Source of the DNA: a bacterium
Lineage (GTDB): Bacteria; Patescibacteriota; Patescibacteriia; UBA10025
Direction: 5' to 3'
Assembly (NCBI GenBank): GCA_021815445.1
Contig: JAKAGM010000001.1
Location: 154,910-218,909 of the forward strand
DNA length: 64,000 nt
A program made the position numbers and the translations under genes. The notes under the pieces were generated by a model. The model worked only from the letters and a program-made list of their open reading frames with translations, made no database searches and was not told the DNA's origin. Positions 10,447 to 19,501 of this stretch are shown here, one piece after another (the stretch's first letter is position 1; each line of letters begins with the position of its first letter).

Positions 10447-11274
10447 TTACCCAATTCTTGCCACGCGCACTCGCGCGCCGAGATCTTTAACGAACTTAAC
10501 AGTTTTTCCTGGCATGAGTTGCTGGACAATGTACGCAATGATGTCCGACTGTCGGGGATCTATTTCGAGAAACATTTGACCAAACCGTGTCAGGTGCGCG
10601 GGTGCGCTTTGTAAGAGCCTGTCGATATGCTCGACGCCAAGTTTGCCGCCAAGAAGCGCCACAACTGGTTCAAAAGGCACGAGGGTGAGCTGATCCGGGG
10701 TCAAATACGGAAGATTAGCGACAATGCAGTCAAATCTTTTTTTATGCGCTTGCCATAAAAGATCGCCGCGAAAGAAACGTATCCGCTTGCCCATTTTATG
10801 GCGGAGGGCATTCTTTTTTGCCACACCGAGGGCCGGGGCTGAAATATCAAACGCTGTAATCGACGCCCGGGGAAGATACTTGGCAAGCGTGACGGCAATG
10901 CAACCAGAACCTGTTCCTACGTCAGCTATACTCAGTCGCGCGTCTTTCGGCATGGTTTGGAGCACGGTGTCTACGAGGACCTCTGTATCAGGACGGGGAA
11001 TCAGTACGCGGGGCGAGACTATAAAGTCCAGACCGTAAAACTCCTTGTGGCCGATCAAATATGCCACCGGCCAGCCCTTTTTCCGTTCGCGCACAAGACG
11101 GCCGAATCTCTGAGACTGGGACAATGTCAGCCTTCGCTCAGGCGCGGCTAGCAGCTGGGCTTTCGTACACCTCAAGACGTGCGACAACAGGACTTCCGCG
11201 TCGAGTGCTACAGAAGTCGCGCCGCTCATACGGAGGGCGGTCATCGCTTTAACGAGAGTCTGCTGGATTGTCAT
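10447..11274 (-). CDS. prmC: Release factor glutamine methyltransferase
   Basis: [24 protein letters not shown]; overlaps prfA stop. Confidence 0.95.
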   Translation of the reverse strand: MTIQQTLVKAMTALRMSGATSVALDAEVLLSHVLRCTKAQLLAAPERRLTLSQSQRFGRLVRERKKGWPVAYLIGHKEFYGLDFIVSPRVLIPRPDTEVLVDTVLQTMPKDARLSIADVGTGSGCIAVTLAKYLPRASITAFDISAPALGVAKKNALRHKMGKRIRFFRGDLLWQAHKKRFDCIVANLPYLTPDQLTLVPFEPVVALLGGKLGVEHIDRLLQSAPAHLTRFGQMFLEIDPRQSDIIAYIVQQLMPGKTVKFVKDLGARVRVARIG

Positions 11275-12320
11275 GCGGGTTTGTCGCCCGCTTGCAGCGC
11301 ACGTATGAGCGGATCAAGATTACCCTCAAGAATTGCGGAAATGTTGTGGAAACTTTCTTTGACCCTATGATCGGTGATTCTGTCTTGGGGGAAGTTATAT
11401 GTGCGTATTTTTTCACTTCTATCGCCGGAACCAATTTGGTTTTTCCTCTCCTTGGAAAGTTCACGCGCCTTTTTTTCCTCATCGAGCGCATGGAGGCGCG
11501 AACGGAGTACTTGGAGCGCTTTTTCCTTGTTCTGTTTTTGCGACCGCTCGTCCTGGCAAATGACGGTTAAACCCGAAGGGATATGTGTTATCCGTATAGC
11601 AGAGTAAGTGGTGTTGACGCTTTGACCGCCGTGTCCGCTCGAGGTCGTGGCTTCAATCTGCAAATCTTCGGGGCGGATTGCAAAATCCACTTCCTCTGCC
11701 TCAGGGAGCACTGCGACTGTGACTGTTGACGTGTGGACTCGACCCGATTTTTCCGTCTCAGGAACGCGCTGGACCCTGTGGACGCCGCGCTCATATTTAA
11801 GGTGGGCAAAGACATCAGTGCCGTGGATCTCGCATATGACTTCTTTGAACCCGCCGATTCCGATTCTGTGGGCGGAAATAAGGTGTGTCGTCCACTTTTT
11901 GCTCTCGGCGTATTTTTGGTACATGCGAAAAAGTTCAGCGGCAAAAAGCGCCGATTCGTCCCCGCCGGCACCCGCCCGGATTTCGATAATAATATCTTTA
12001 GCGTCGAGGGGATTATCCGTTTTCTCAAGTGCGGCGATACCGGCCTGGACTTCTTTGTACTGCTGTTCAAAGTCTTCTAAGTCTTGAATGGCTATTTCTC
12101 TTAGCTCTGGATCTGACTCCTGCTCGGCCATCGCGCGGACTTCTTCCCGGTCTAGTTTTATCTTGGCCAGACGTTCATAGAGAGCCAGTAATTCCTCGGT
12201 TCCACGGTATTCTTTTGCAAGAGATTGAGCCTTTTTTTGATCACGGAAAATCTGGGGATCCTGAAGGATCCTCTCCAATTCATCGTGCCGTTTTTTCAAT
12301 TCCTCGAGTGTATTTTCCAT
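11271..12320 (-). CDS. prfA: Peptide chain release factor 1
   Basis: [12 protein letters not shown] (PET motif), GGQ, RTYNFPQ. Confidence 0.97.
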   Translation of the reverse strand: MENTLEELKKRHDELERILQDPQIFRDQKKAQSLAKEYRGTEELLALYERLAKIKLDREEVRAMAEQESDPELREIAIQDLEDFEQQYKEVQAGIAALEKTDNPLDAKDIIIEIRAGAGGDESALFAAELFRMYQKYAESKKWTTHLISAHRIGIGGFKEVICEIHGTDVFAHLKYERGVHRVQRVPETEKSGRVHTSTVTVAVLPEAEEVDFAIRPEDLQIEATTSSGHGGQSVNTTYSAIRITHIPSGLTVICQDERSQKQNKEKALQVLRSRLHALDEEKKARELSKERKNQIGSGDRSEKIRTYNFPQDRITDHRVKESFHNISAILEGNLDPLIRALQAGDKPA

Positions 12321-12335
12321 CTGTCTCTAGTATGC

Positions 12336-12367
12336 AAAAGAACCCCGATATCCACAAGGGGTCGGGA
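12336..12367 (-). terminator. Probable intrinsic terminator after rpmE
   Basis: CCCGA...TCGGG stem followed by a T-rich tract on the minus strand. Confidence 0.5.
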
Positions 12368-12383
12368 ATGGGCTGGGTAATGC

Positions 12384-12632
12384 TTAAGCAGCCTCCGTCT
12401 TTTTGACGTGCCGCTTGTGGGCCATATCAGTTTTCTTCTGGAGAAGTCGCTGGAAGCGGTCCAGACGGCCTTGGGTATCAGCAAATTTTTGCTTGCCGGT
12501 AAAAAACGGATGGCAATTGGAACAAATTTCAACGCGGATTTCCTGCATTGTGGATCCTGTTGTAAACGTGTTTCCACAGGCGCAGGTAACCTGTGCTGTT
12601 TCATGGTATGTCGGATGGATGTCTTTTTTCAT
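12384..12632 (-). CDS. rpmE: 50S ribosomal protein L31 (Zn-binding type)
   Basis: MKKDIHP, CACG...[10 protein letters not shown]. Confidence 0.97.
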   Translation of the reverse strand: MKKDIHPTYHETAQVTCACGNTFTTGSTMQEIRVEICSNCHPFFTGKQKFADTQGRLDRFQRLLQKKTDMAHKRHVKKTEAA

Positions 12633-12676
12633 TGATTTCGGCTAATAAAACGATATAAAGAATCGCTGTATCGGGT

Positions 12677-12705
12677 ATCATACTTATTTGTCTGGCACCT
12701 GTCAA
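12677..12705 (-). promoter_or_regulatory. Sigma70 promoter for rpmE-prfA-prmC
   Basis: TTGACA-17 nt-TATGAT on minus strand. Confidence 0.7.
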
Positions 12706-12770
12706 CCCCGTTGAGAAATGTACAGTGGAGCTGAGTACGCACAAAGTCATAGTGTGGCAGGAAGACAAGA

Positions 12771-12797
12771 AAAAACCGCGGCCCCCAAGTCCGCGGG
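12771..12797 (-). terminator. Intrinsic terminator of the M23/T9SS gene
   Basis: CCGCGG...CCGCGG stem plus T6 on minus strand. Confidence 0.65.
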
Positions 12798-12825
12798 ATT
12801 GAATGATCATAGGACGATTTCACGT

Positions 12826-15405
12826 TCACTTCAGCAGAACCATCTTCTTAATCTCCACCGCCTGATCGGTGACGAGACGGTAGAAGTACATGCCCGATGC
12901 GTACTGTAAAGCGTTCCACTGTGCAGTGTGCTCTCCGGCAAGCTGGTTCTCATCGGCAAGAGTCTCAATCCTCTGGCCAAGGATATTGTAAATGTCCAAC
13001 CTGACATGAGTACCCACCGGAAGAGTGTACCTGATCGTCGTGCCCGGGTTGAACGGGTTCGGGTAATTCTGGGACAGGGAGAATGTCCGAGGCAGAGTAT
13101 TGTCTCCTCCATGTGCCGTGATCTTAGGCGAACCGGGAATGGTGCGCCTAATGACGATGCACCTGTCCGCATACCCGTCACTGTTGTAATCCAGCCAGAA
13201 TTCTTGGGTGGACGGGCGGAATACGCCGATGTTGGTGCCGCAATTACCGGTCCAGTCGCCGACGATTGGCGAATCACCCGCATCTCCATACGTCCGGGAG
13301 AAGTCAGCAACGTGGTCGTTATCGTAATCCAACCAGAAGGTCCTGGTAGAAGGACGGTAAATACCGATGTTCCAGTCCAGGTCGCAGTCCCAATCACCAA
13401 CAAGAGGGATATCACCGTTATCCCCGAAAGTGACGGAAAAATCAGCTACACCGTTGTTGTCGTAATCTAACCAGAATGTCCGGGTAGAGTGGCGAAAGAT
13501 TCCTATCCGGGTATAGCCGTTGCCGAGCCAATCTCCGGCTAGAGGAATATCGCCGCCATCACCATAGGTGATGCCGATGTCCATCTGGCCGTTGTTGTCG
13601 TAATCCAGGTAAAACACCCGGTAGGCCGGACGATAGAAACCGACACTGTAGTAGGTATTGCCGTCCCAGTCACCGGCCAAAGGTTTGTCTACGGCTGAGC
13701 TGTAATGAAGCTCCAGCTCCGTATACCCGTCATTGTTGGTGTCCAGATAGAAGGTTTGCGTCTCGTCGGCATAGACACCGACCTCGAAGATCCCGTCCCC
13801 GTTCCAATCACCTGCGATGGGGGTGACGGTCAAGTTGGCGAATGACTCAGAAGAGTCACTGCCTGCGGCGTGATAGGTCCCGCCCGAGCAGGTTCCAAGC
13901 ACGTCAACCGCCGGACTGCCAGTCTCATAGATACGATGTTGAGTACCGGCGCTGTTCTTGAAGTCCTGGCACCACTTCCCATTCAAATAGAAACGATCGA
14001 TGGTGGCGCAACCAAATAGGTTTACCCCACCAAGTTCATCGTAGCGGGATTTAATGCTCCCATACACCCAGTAGGCCTCGTTCGTGGCCGAAGTATTGCA
14101 CTCCCAGTTCTCTTGGTCGTACATGATCCTGCCGGATCCGTCGTCGCCACCAGTGAATTCCTGAATCAGGATACTGCCGGAAAGAACATGGACCTGACCG
14201 TCATTCCCAGAGCTTGGGTTCCCTACATCGCGGCGGGCGCCGTTGCGGTCATAGGCATCGGTAAAGAGGTAGGAGTACTGGTTGTTCCATCCGGAAGAAG
14301 TCCAGCCGGGTGTCGTCGTCGTGTTGCACTTGATGGTGGTTCCGTCCTGGATGTACCCTTTCTGGAAATCCTGACGCCAGTGGTCTGGGTTCTCGGTGTA
14401 CTTGTACCGGTTGGTGATCGGCATTCCAAGGGCCGAATTCGGCCCTCCCTGTCCTGACGGACCGTCTGAACAGCTGGGCGTTGGACAGCTGCCGCTGCAT
14501 TCTGCCTCAAGGTTGTCCCACGTAGCCCATTCTTGATCGCCGACACAGTAGGCATGTCTTGCGCCACCTAGGGCGTCGTATACGACCGCGCCAGCATAGA
14601 AGCCGCCACCGTAAACCGTGCGATAACAATTGACAGCAGTGTTTGTGCCAGACTGGTAAAGCGAGTTTGGATTGTACGCATGGTACCAACCAATCGATCC
14701 AGCCGTTCCACCAAGCCATTGATTCGGCGACTGTGACACGGCGTATGGGTTGCGGTCATTCAGAGCAGTAGATTTCCGGAGGTCAATGATGTTGGAGTTG
14801 ACAGAGGTGTAGAAAGTGCTCGCAGGTGGGCTGCTTGAGCAGTCGCACGGATCGGGGTACCCATCGGTGACGGTTTGACCAAGGTAGTTCTTAAAATCAA
14901 CATACACCTCAGTCATGTCCTTTGTCGCAGGGTTCGCCGTCCCTTGCGTGTTGTAGTGTATATGCGATGGCCATTGGTCATCCGTTACGCCTGTTGTCCC
15001 GCAGAATCCAACCACTTGCCCCTTCTCAACCTTCTCGCCGACGCTCACGACAATCTCTGTTTGGTGTGCCAGCCGGCCATAGTAGCCGTCCCCATAGTCA
15101 ATTAGGACAACATTGCCATACGGACTATTTGCTCCACTCTGTTGCTTGGATCTTCCAGCAAACACTATTCGCCCTGAATCTGGAGCTAGAAGTGGATACC
15201 CCAGGTCGTTGGCGCCGGTTCCATAATTGTAGTCCCATGCGTCTTCGCCGGAATGGGATACGCTCCCATTCCAGCCTTGCGCACACCACCATGTATCACC
15301 TGCCATAAACGGTAGCCCGATGTCTGGCGGCGTTGCTAAGGCTTTCGAACTGCCCAGAGCGACTATGACAGCCGCTGCCACGAAACGACCGATCGTCCTC
15401 TTCAT
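12826..15405 (-). CDS. Secreted M23 peptidase with LGFP-like region, FG-GAP-like repeats and T9SS type A C-terminal sorting domain
   Basis: Signal peptide; M23 motifs HSGEDAWD, YGNVV, SHIHY; LGMPIT...QDFQKG; five PxxGDWxG repeats; C-terminus FSLSQNYPNPFNPGTTIRY...SGMYFYRL...KKMVLLK; AGGAGG SD. Confidence 0.85.
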   Translation of the reverse strand: MKRTIGRFVAAAVIVALGSSKALATPPDIGLPFMAGDTWWCAQGWNGSVSHSGEDAWDYNYGTGANDLGYPLLAPDSGRIVFAGRSKQQSGANSPYGNVVLIDYGDGYYGRLAHQTEIVVSVGEKVEKGQVVGFCGTTGVTDDQWPSHIHYNTQGTANPATKDMTEVYVDFKNYLGQTVTDGYPDPCDCSSSPPASTFYTSVNSNIIDLRKSTALNDRNPYAVSQSPNQWLGGTAGSIGWYHAYNPNSLYQSGTNTAVNCYRTVYGGGFYAGAVVYDALGGARHAYCVGDQEWATWDNLEAECSGSCPTPSCSDGPSGQGGPNSALGMPITNRYKYTENPDHWRQDFQKGYIQDGTTIKCNTTTTPGWTSSGWNNQYSYLFTDAYDRNGARRDVGNPSSGNDGQVHVLSGSILIQEFTGGDDGSGRIMYDQENWECNTSATNEAYWVYGSIKSRYDELGGVNLFGCATIDRFYLNGKWCQDFKNSAGTQHRIYETGSPAVDVLGTCSGGTYHAAGSDSSESFANLTVTPIAGDWNGDGIFEVGVYADETQTFYLDTNNDGYTELELHYSSAVDKPLAGDWDGNTYYSVGFYRPAYRVFYLDYDNNGQMDIGITYGDGGDIPLAGDWLGNGYTRIGIFRHSTRTFWLDYDNNGVADFSVTFGDNGDIPLVGDWDCDLDWNIGIYRPSTRTFWLDYDNDHVADFSRTYGDAGDSPIVGDWTGNCGTNIGVFRPSTQEFWLDYNSDGYADRCIVIRRTIPGSPKITAHGGDNTLPRTFSLSQNYPNPFNPGTTIRYTLPVGTHVRLDIYNILGQRIETLADENQLAGEHTAQWNALQYASGMYFYRLVTDQAVEIKKMVLLK
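13150..13827 (-). repeat. Five tandem ~46-aa (~138 bp) FG-GAP-like coding repeats
   Basis: Units such as IPLAGDWLGNGYTRIGIFRHSTRTFWLDYDNNGVADFSVTFGDNGD; boundaries approximate. Confidence 0.8.
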
Positions 15406-15446
15406 GACACTCCTCCTGTTGGTTGTGAACGTGCTGTTTTAGTGAG

Positions 15447-16175
15447 CTATTTGCCTATTGACTGCAGAACCGCTGCGCATGTATCGCGGTAGGCTAGAAA
15501 GTCACCCCGTGGTGATACATCAAGATCGTAGTAGTAACTGAAGCGGATCATGTTGCTGTTACTTTGGAAGAAGTACGACCTCCCTTGAGTCATGTTAGGC
15601 CCTTGTTCCGTTGCTAGAACGCCATCGCGCGTGTTGATCGCTTGAGGTACCATGGTGGACACGTTGAGGTCTTCACTGCCTGAAGTGCCGTAGATGTTAC
15701 TTGCATTGATCCAGTCAACAATACTTGCTACTGGGTGCGTAACCGGGTAGGCTGATATTGTGCAGTCGGCTGCAGCAGGAAAATCCAGAGTATTGTTTGG
15801 TGGACTTATAACCTCCTGATCTGTGGGGAGGTTGTCTTTATATTGTCCCTGAGTTACTCGCTTACGCTGCAGTGTCCAGTTCTTCGGAATAGCAATCGTA
15901 AATCCGTACTTGTCCTCTTGAGTTGTCCATGCACTCGTATCGACTGAGTTCGTGTTTGATAGAGTGTTGCTGCTGGCGTTGACTGACGTGTTGACGTTCT
16001 GAGTTCCAGTGGTGCCTGCATTAGCTGCGGCGTTCGTGTTTGACTTGGTCTTTTCTTTTTGCCACCAGAAGTAAGCGCCCGCGCCGACTGCTATAATGAG
16101 AATGATTACCAAAATGACCCACATAAGTTTCCTTGATGAGCCCTGTGGCGTGGGCTGTGGTGTTGGTGTGTCCAT
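15447..16175 (-). CDS. Membrane-anchored hypothetical protein (N/T-rich linker, possibly PsbP-like domain)
   Basis: Single TM, low-complexity NTN linker, W...KYGFTIAIPKNW motif. Confidence 0.7.
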   Translation of the reverse strand: MDTPTPQPTPQGSSRKLMWVILVIILIIAVGAGAYFWWQKEKTKSNTNAAANAGTTGTQNVNTSVNASSNTLSNTNSVDTSAWTTQEDKYGFTIAIPKNWTLQRKRVTQGQYKDNLPTDQEVISPPNNTLDFPAAADCTISAYPVTHPVASIVDWINASNIYGTSGSEDLNVSTMVPQAINTRDGVLATEQGPNMTQGRSYFFQSNSNMIRFSYYYDLDVSPRGDFLAYRDTCAAVLQSIGK

Positions 16176-16437
16176 AGGTTATTGTCATTAAGTGGTTAGA
16201 ACGCTAAACTCAGCGTAACACGGCAATTCTGCTCTGACCAGTCTCCGGTACCCTCCTGGCATTCTCGGGTTCCAAGGTCTCGGAAGGATGGATGGGTGCC
16301 GTCTCGCCTCACGACTTGGCGGGGGCCTCGGATTTCGAAAGCCCGGATACTTGCGTATTTTTTTGACCTATGGTACGCTATATCCCGCCTGTAGACCCCG
16401 GAATCGGGGGCCTGCAAGCATATTTTACAATAGTAAT

Positions 16438-16532
16438 CTCACATATCTCTGTTATTGCGGATCTTGTTCCTGGCGGACGCCTTGTTAGGTGTACCGTTCA
16501 ATAAGATCGGCTTATTTCAGCAGAGGTAGAGG
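16438..16532 (+). promoter_or_regulatory. Putative S2 autoregulatory leader RNA of rpsB
   Basis: CAC-rich 5' end; nested stems TATCTCTG/CAGAGGTA and GATCTTGTT/AATAAGATC; directly upstream of rpsB. Confidence 0.55.
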
Positions 16533-16550
16533 AAGAAAGGAACAACAACC

Positions 16551-17330
16551 ATGCGCGAAGTTACGTTACTCGAAATGCTCAAACGGGGAGTTCATTTCGG
16601 CCACCGGGAATCCCGATGGCATCCTAAAATGCGCCCGTACATCTACACCTCTCGACAGGGTGTCCATATCATTGACCTGGAGAAGACTTCACGGAAGCTT
16701 CAGGAAGCTTATGATTTCATGAAGCTCCAGTCGGGCAAAGGGGCTGTCGTTCTGTTCGTGGGTACGAAACGCCAGGCGCAGAAGATAGTTATCGATGCGG
16801 CGCAGCGTGCCGGGATGCCGTATGTTGCCGGCCGCTGGCTCGGGGGAACACTCACGAATTTTGTGACGGTGTCGAAGCTGATCAAAAAACTCAAATCGTA
16901 CCGCCAGTCCCGCGATAGCGGCGGTTTTGAGAAATACACGAAAAAAGAACAGCTGGAGTTTACCAAGGAAATTAAACGCCTCGAGGATCTTATCGGCGGC
17001 ATCGAAACTCTCCAAAAGCTTCCCGACGTCGTATTTGTTGAGGATGTCAAACAAGAAAGCACGGCAGTCCGCGAAGCGCGCAAAATGGGAGTGCCTATCG
17101 TCGGTCTCGTCGATACCAATGCCAATCCCGATCTCCTCGACTATCCTATCCCTGCAAACGATGACGCGACGAAATCCCTGGAGCTTCTGGTCTCATTGAT
17201 GGCTGACGCAATTGTAGAAGGCCGGGCCTCTGTCCCTCAGCCGAGCGCTCCCGCTGTTTCTGAAGAAGAGAAGATTGAAAAAAAGGCTGAAGAGGCGCAC
17301 AGTGAAACTGCGCCGGTACCAATCGTATGA
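16551..17330 (+). CDS. rpsB: 30S ribosomal protein S2
   Basis: GVHFGH...WHPKM, RWLGGTLTN, IPANDD. Confidence 0.98.
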   Translation: MREVTLLEMLKRGVHFGHRESRWHPKMRPYIYTSRQGVHIIDLEKTSRKLQEAYDFMKLQSGKGAVVLFVGTKRQAQKIVIDAAQRAGMPYVAGRWLGGTLTNFVTVSKLIKKLKSYRQSRDSGGFEKYTKKEQLEFTKEIKRLEDLIGGIETLQKLPDVVFVEDVKQESTAVREARKMGVPIVGLVDTNANPDLLDYPIPANDDATKSLELLVSLMADAIVEGRASVPQPSAPAVSEEEKIEKKAEEAHSETAPVPIV

Positions 17331-17920
17331 ATATAACAGCCGCAGCTATTAAGCAGCTTAGGGAAAAGACCGGCGCCGGCCTGATGGAAGTTAAGCGCGC
17401 CCTCGAGCAGTCAAAGGGTGACGCGGAAGAAGCGATAAAGTACCTTCGGGCCTCTGGCCAGAAATTTGCGGCAAAAATGAGCGCACGCACAACGAAAGAG
17501 GGCAAGATAGGATATTATGTCCACTCTGACGGTAAAACAGCCGGTCTTGTGGCTGTTGCGTGTGAGACTGACTTTGTCGCGCTTACGGAGGATTTTTCCC
17601 AGCTCGTGCATGACCTTGCCATGCATGTCACGGCGTTCAACCCCCGTTATCTCGACTCCACTCAGATTCCCCCCGATGTCATAAAGAATGAACGGAACAT
17701 TTTTCGGGCGCAGATAGCAAAAGAGGGGAAGCCGAAGCAGCTCCATGACAAAATCATTGAGGGTAAGCTGAAGTCGTATTACAAAGAAAATTGTTTTGTC
17801 AACCAGCCGTTCGTCAAGGATGACACCAAGAGTATCGAGGATCTGCTCAAGGAGTATATCGCCAAGCTCGGTGAGAATATACGGATTGTTTCTTTTGCGC
17901 GGCTTTCTCTCGGTGCATAA
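17327..17920 (+). CDS. tsf: Elongation factor Ts (short form)
   Basis: IKQLREKTGAGLM, CETDFVA; 197 aa. Confidence 0.96.
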   Translation: MNITAAAIKQLREKTGAGLMEVKRALEQSKGDAEEAIKYLRASGQKFAAKMSARTTKEGKIGYYVHSDGKTAGLVAVACETDFVALTEDFSQLVHDLAMHVTAFNPRYLDSTQIPPDVIKNERNIFRAQIAKEGKPKQLHDKIIEGKLKSYYKENCFVNQPFVKDDTKSIEDLLKEYIAKLGENIRIVSFARLSLGA

Positions 17921-17922
17921 GG

Positions 17923-18843
17923 ATGCGTGCTTATTTACTTTCACATGCCATGATAGCCGATTATATCGCTCTCGCCATCCTTGTCATCAGCGTCGGTGTT
18001 GTCTTGATTATTTTCTTTAGGAAGTTCCCCGTTCTTTCCTCAATCAATATCAAAGAACTTCCATGGCATCAGCAGGACGAAGTGAAAGCCGACCTTATTG
18101 AGCACAGACTTTTCCGGAAACTGAAGACGGCTGCTATATGGGGCAGAAAGAGGGCACACCCTTTCCGTGAATGGCTGGAGGGCCGGGTCAGGGCTCTCCG
18201 CGCGTGGATCAGGCATCTTGAACAGAAGTATGAGGTTCCCGTACAACAGCTCTCCTCAGAGGATAAAGCGGGACGCGAGAAGCAGATAGCCCGTTTGTTC
18301 GACGAAAGCGCTGAGCTTTTTAAGGCCAAGGAGTATCATCTGGCTGAAAAGAAGATGATAGAGGTCATCAGCCTCGACCCAAAAAAGGTTGATGCATACA
18401 AAACTCTGGGTGAAGTATACTTTGCAATGAAGGATTACCGGCACGCGAAGGAAGTGCTGCACTACGTCTTAAAGTTGAATCAGCAGGACGACGAACTCCA
18501 CGCCAGACTGGGCAGAATTGCCGCATCAGAGGGACATTTTGAAGAAGCCCGCCAGGAATATGTGGCATCGATTGCGCTGAAGTACCAGCTTGCTGATCAC
18601 CATATTGATCTCGCGGAAACCCAAATGCAACTGGGGAATATGCAGGAGGCGCGCAAAAGTTTCGAAGAAGCTCTGCGTCTCGAACCCAGCAACCCGAGAA
18701 ATCTTGATGCATTCCTTGAATTCGCTATCACAATAAAGGATCAGTCCTTAGCTAAGAGTACGCTCGCCAAACTTCGTGATGTGAACCCTGAAAATCAGAA
18801 ACTCAAAGAATTCGAGGATCGAATTGACAACCTAGGCAAGTGA
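17923..18843 (+). CDS. Membrane-anchored tetratricopeptide repeat protein
   Basis: N-terminal TM and several TPR-like helical repeats. Confidence 0.85.
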   Translation: MRAYLLSHAMIADYIALAILVISVGVVLIIFFRKFPVLSSINIKELPWHQQDEVKADLIEHRLFRKLKTAAIWGRKRAHPFREWLEGRVRALRAWIRHLEQKYEVPVQQLSSEDKAGREKQIARLFDESAELFKAKEYHLAEKKMIEVISLDPKKVDAYKTLGEVYFAMKDYRHAKEVLHYVLKLNQQDDELHARLGRIAASEGHFEEARQEYVASIALKYQLADHHIDLAETQMQLGNMQEARKSFEEALRLEPSNPRNLDAFLEFAITIKDQSLAKSTLAKLRDVNPENQKLKEFEDRIDNLGK

Positions 18844-18863
18844 GCGTATTTTCACACGTTCGT

Positions 18864-19110
18864 GCCGATGTAGTCCCGTCCCGCCCGGGCGGGACGAGGA
18901 TCCACGATCCCGCGGCGGGATCGGGACTCAGTTGGTCCGCCTGAGCCGATGTAGCTCAGTTGGTAGAGCAACTCCATGGTAAGGAGTAGGTCCGCGGTTC
19001 AAATCCGCGCATCGGCTTAGGCGGGGCAAGTGTCGCAACTCCATGCCAAGTCCCGTCGAATGGCGGGAGTAAGGAGTAGGTCCGCGGTTCAAATCCGCGC
19101 ATCGGCTCCA
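18864..19110 (+). pseudogene. Disrupted outer copy of tRNA-Thr(GGT), split by three insertions and enclosing the intact copy
   Basis: Segments 18864-18873, 18927-18936, 19035-19045 and 19069-19107 are identical to the intact tRNA; ends in CCA (19108-19110); AGA of the D arm is missing. Confidence 0.85.
18945..19017 (+). tRNA. tRNA-Thr(GGT), intact inner copy, no encoded CCA
   Basis: GCCGATG/CATCGGC acceptor stem, ACTCC-ATGGTAA-GGAGT anticodon arm, GGTTCAAATCC T arm. Confidence 0.95.
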
Positions 19111-19113
19111 TGG

Positions 19114-19197
19114 GGGTGGATACCGAAGCGGTCAAACGGGGCAGACTGTAAATCTGCTGGCCTCCGGCCTTCGTAGGTTCGAATCCTACTCCACCCA
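19114..19197 (+). tRNA. tRNA-Tyr(GTA)
   Basis: GGGTGGA/TCCACCC acceptor, GCAGA-CTGTAAA-TCTGC anticodon arm, long variable arm, GGTTCGAATCC. Confidence 0.95.
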
Positions 19198-19372
19198 GAT
19201 AGTCGATTTAATGAAGATTACCAATCTCCTCATAATTCGATATAGTAACGAAGTCTGGTGAGGATTCGAAGGGCAGAAGCGAACCCCGCGGCCGCGGGGG
19301 AGCGTCGGCGAATGCGAGCAAGCGAAGCATTCGACGCTGCCCAGGGCCCGAATCCTACTCCACCCAGATAGT
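19180..19372. repeat. 24-bp direct repeat of the tRNA-Tyr 3' end flanking a structured ~145 bp element
   Basis: CGAATCCTACTCCACCCAGATAGT at 19180-19203 and 19349-19372; inverted pairs AGGATTCG/CGAATCCT, GGGCAG/CTGCCC and palindrome CCCCGCGGCCGCGGGG. Confidence 0.85.
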
Positions 19373-19391
19373 GAAAAGTCCCCTGAGTCTT

Positions 19392-19466
19392 GCCAGCGTA
19401 GCTCAGTGGTAGAGCAACTGTTTTGTAAACAGTAGGTCGTCGGTTCAAATCCGACCGCTGGCTCCA
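19392..19466 (+). tRNA. tRNA-Thr(TGT)
   Basis: GCCAGCG/CGCTGGC acceptor, ACTGT-TTTGTAA-ACAGT, encoded CCA. Confidence 0.96.
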
Positions 19467-19501
19467 GCCGATCAATTATTTACTTTATTTTAAAAAAAAC
19501 T

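Noticed and set aside
13150-13827. Possible CRISPR or non-coding repeat array
   Set aside because: The repeats are degenerate, in frame and encode FG-GAP-like units; no repeat-spacer array or cas gene is seen in the window
16196-16417. Hairpin-rich intergenic region and 73-aa ORF
   Set aside because: Some stems are present (CGGTACCC/GGGTGCCG) but I recognised no motif and found no second copy; the ORF has no support
18864-19110. Outer tRNA-Thr as a functional multi-intron tRNA
   Set aside because: Removing the inserts leaves the D arm without AGA, so the D stem cannot form; the inserts are too short for group I introns and no clear bulge-helix-bulge motif is seen
19180-19372. Prophage or integrative element at tRNA-Tyr
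   Set aside because: Only about 145 bp lie between the repeats, and there is no integrase or phage gene in the window
19230-19475. 81-aa minus-strand ORF
   Set aside because: Antisense to tRNA-Thr(TGT) and the repeat element
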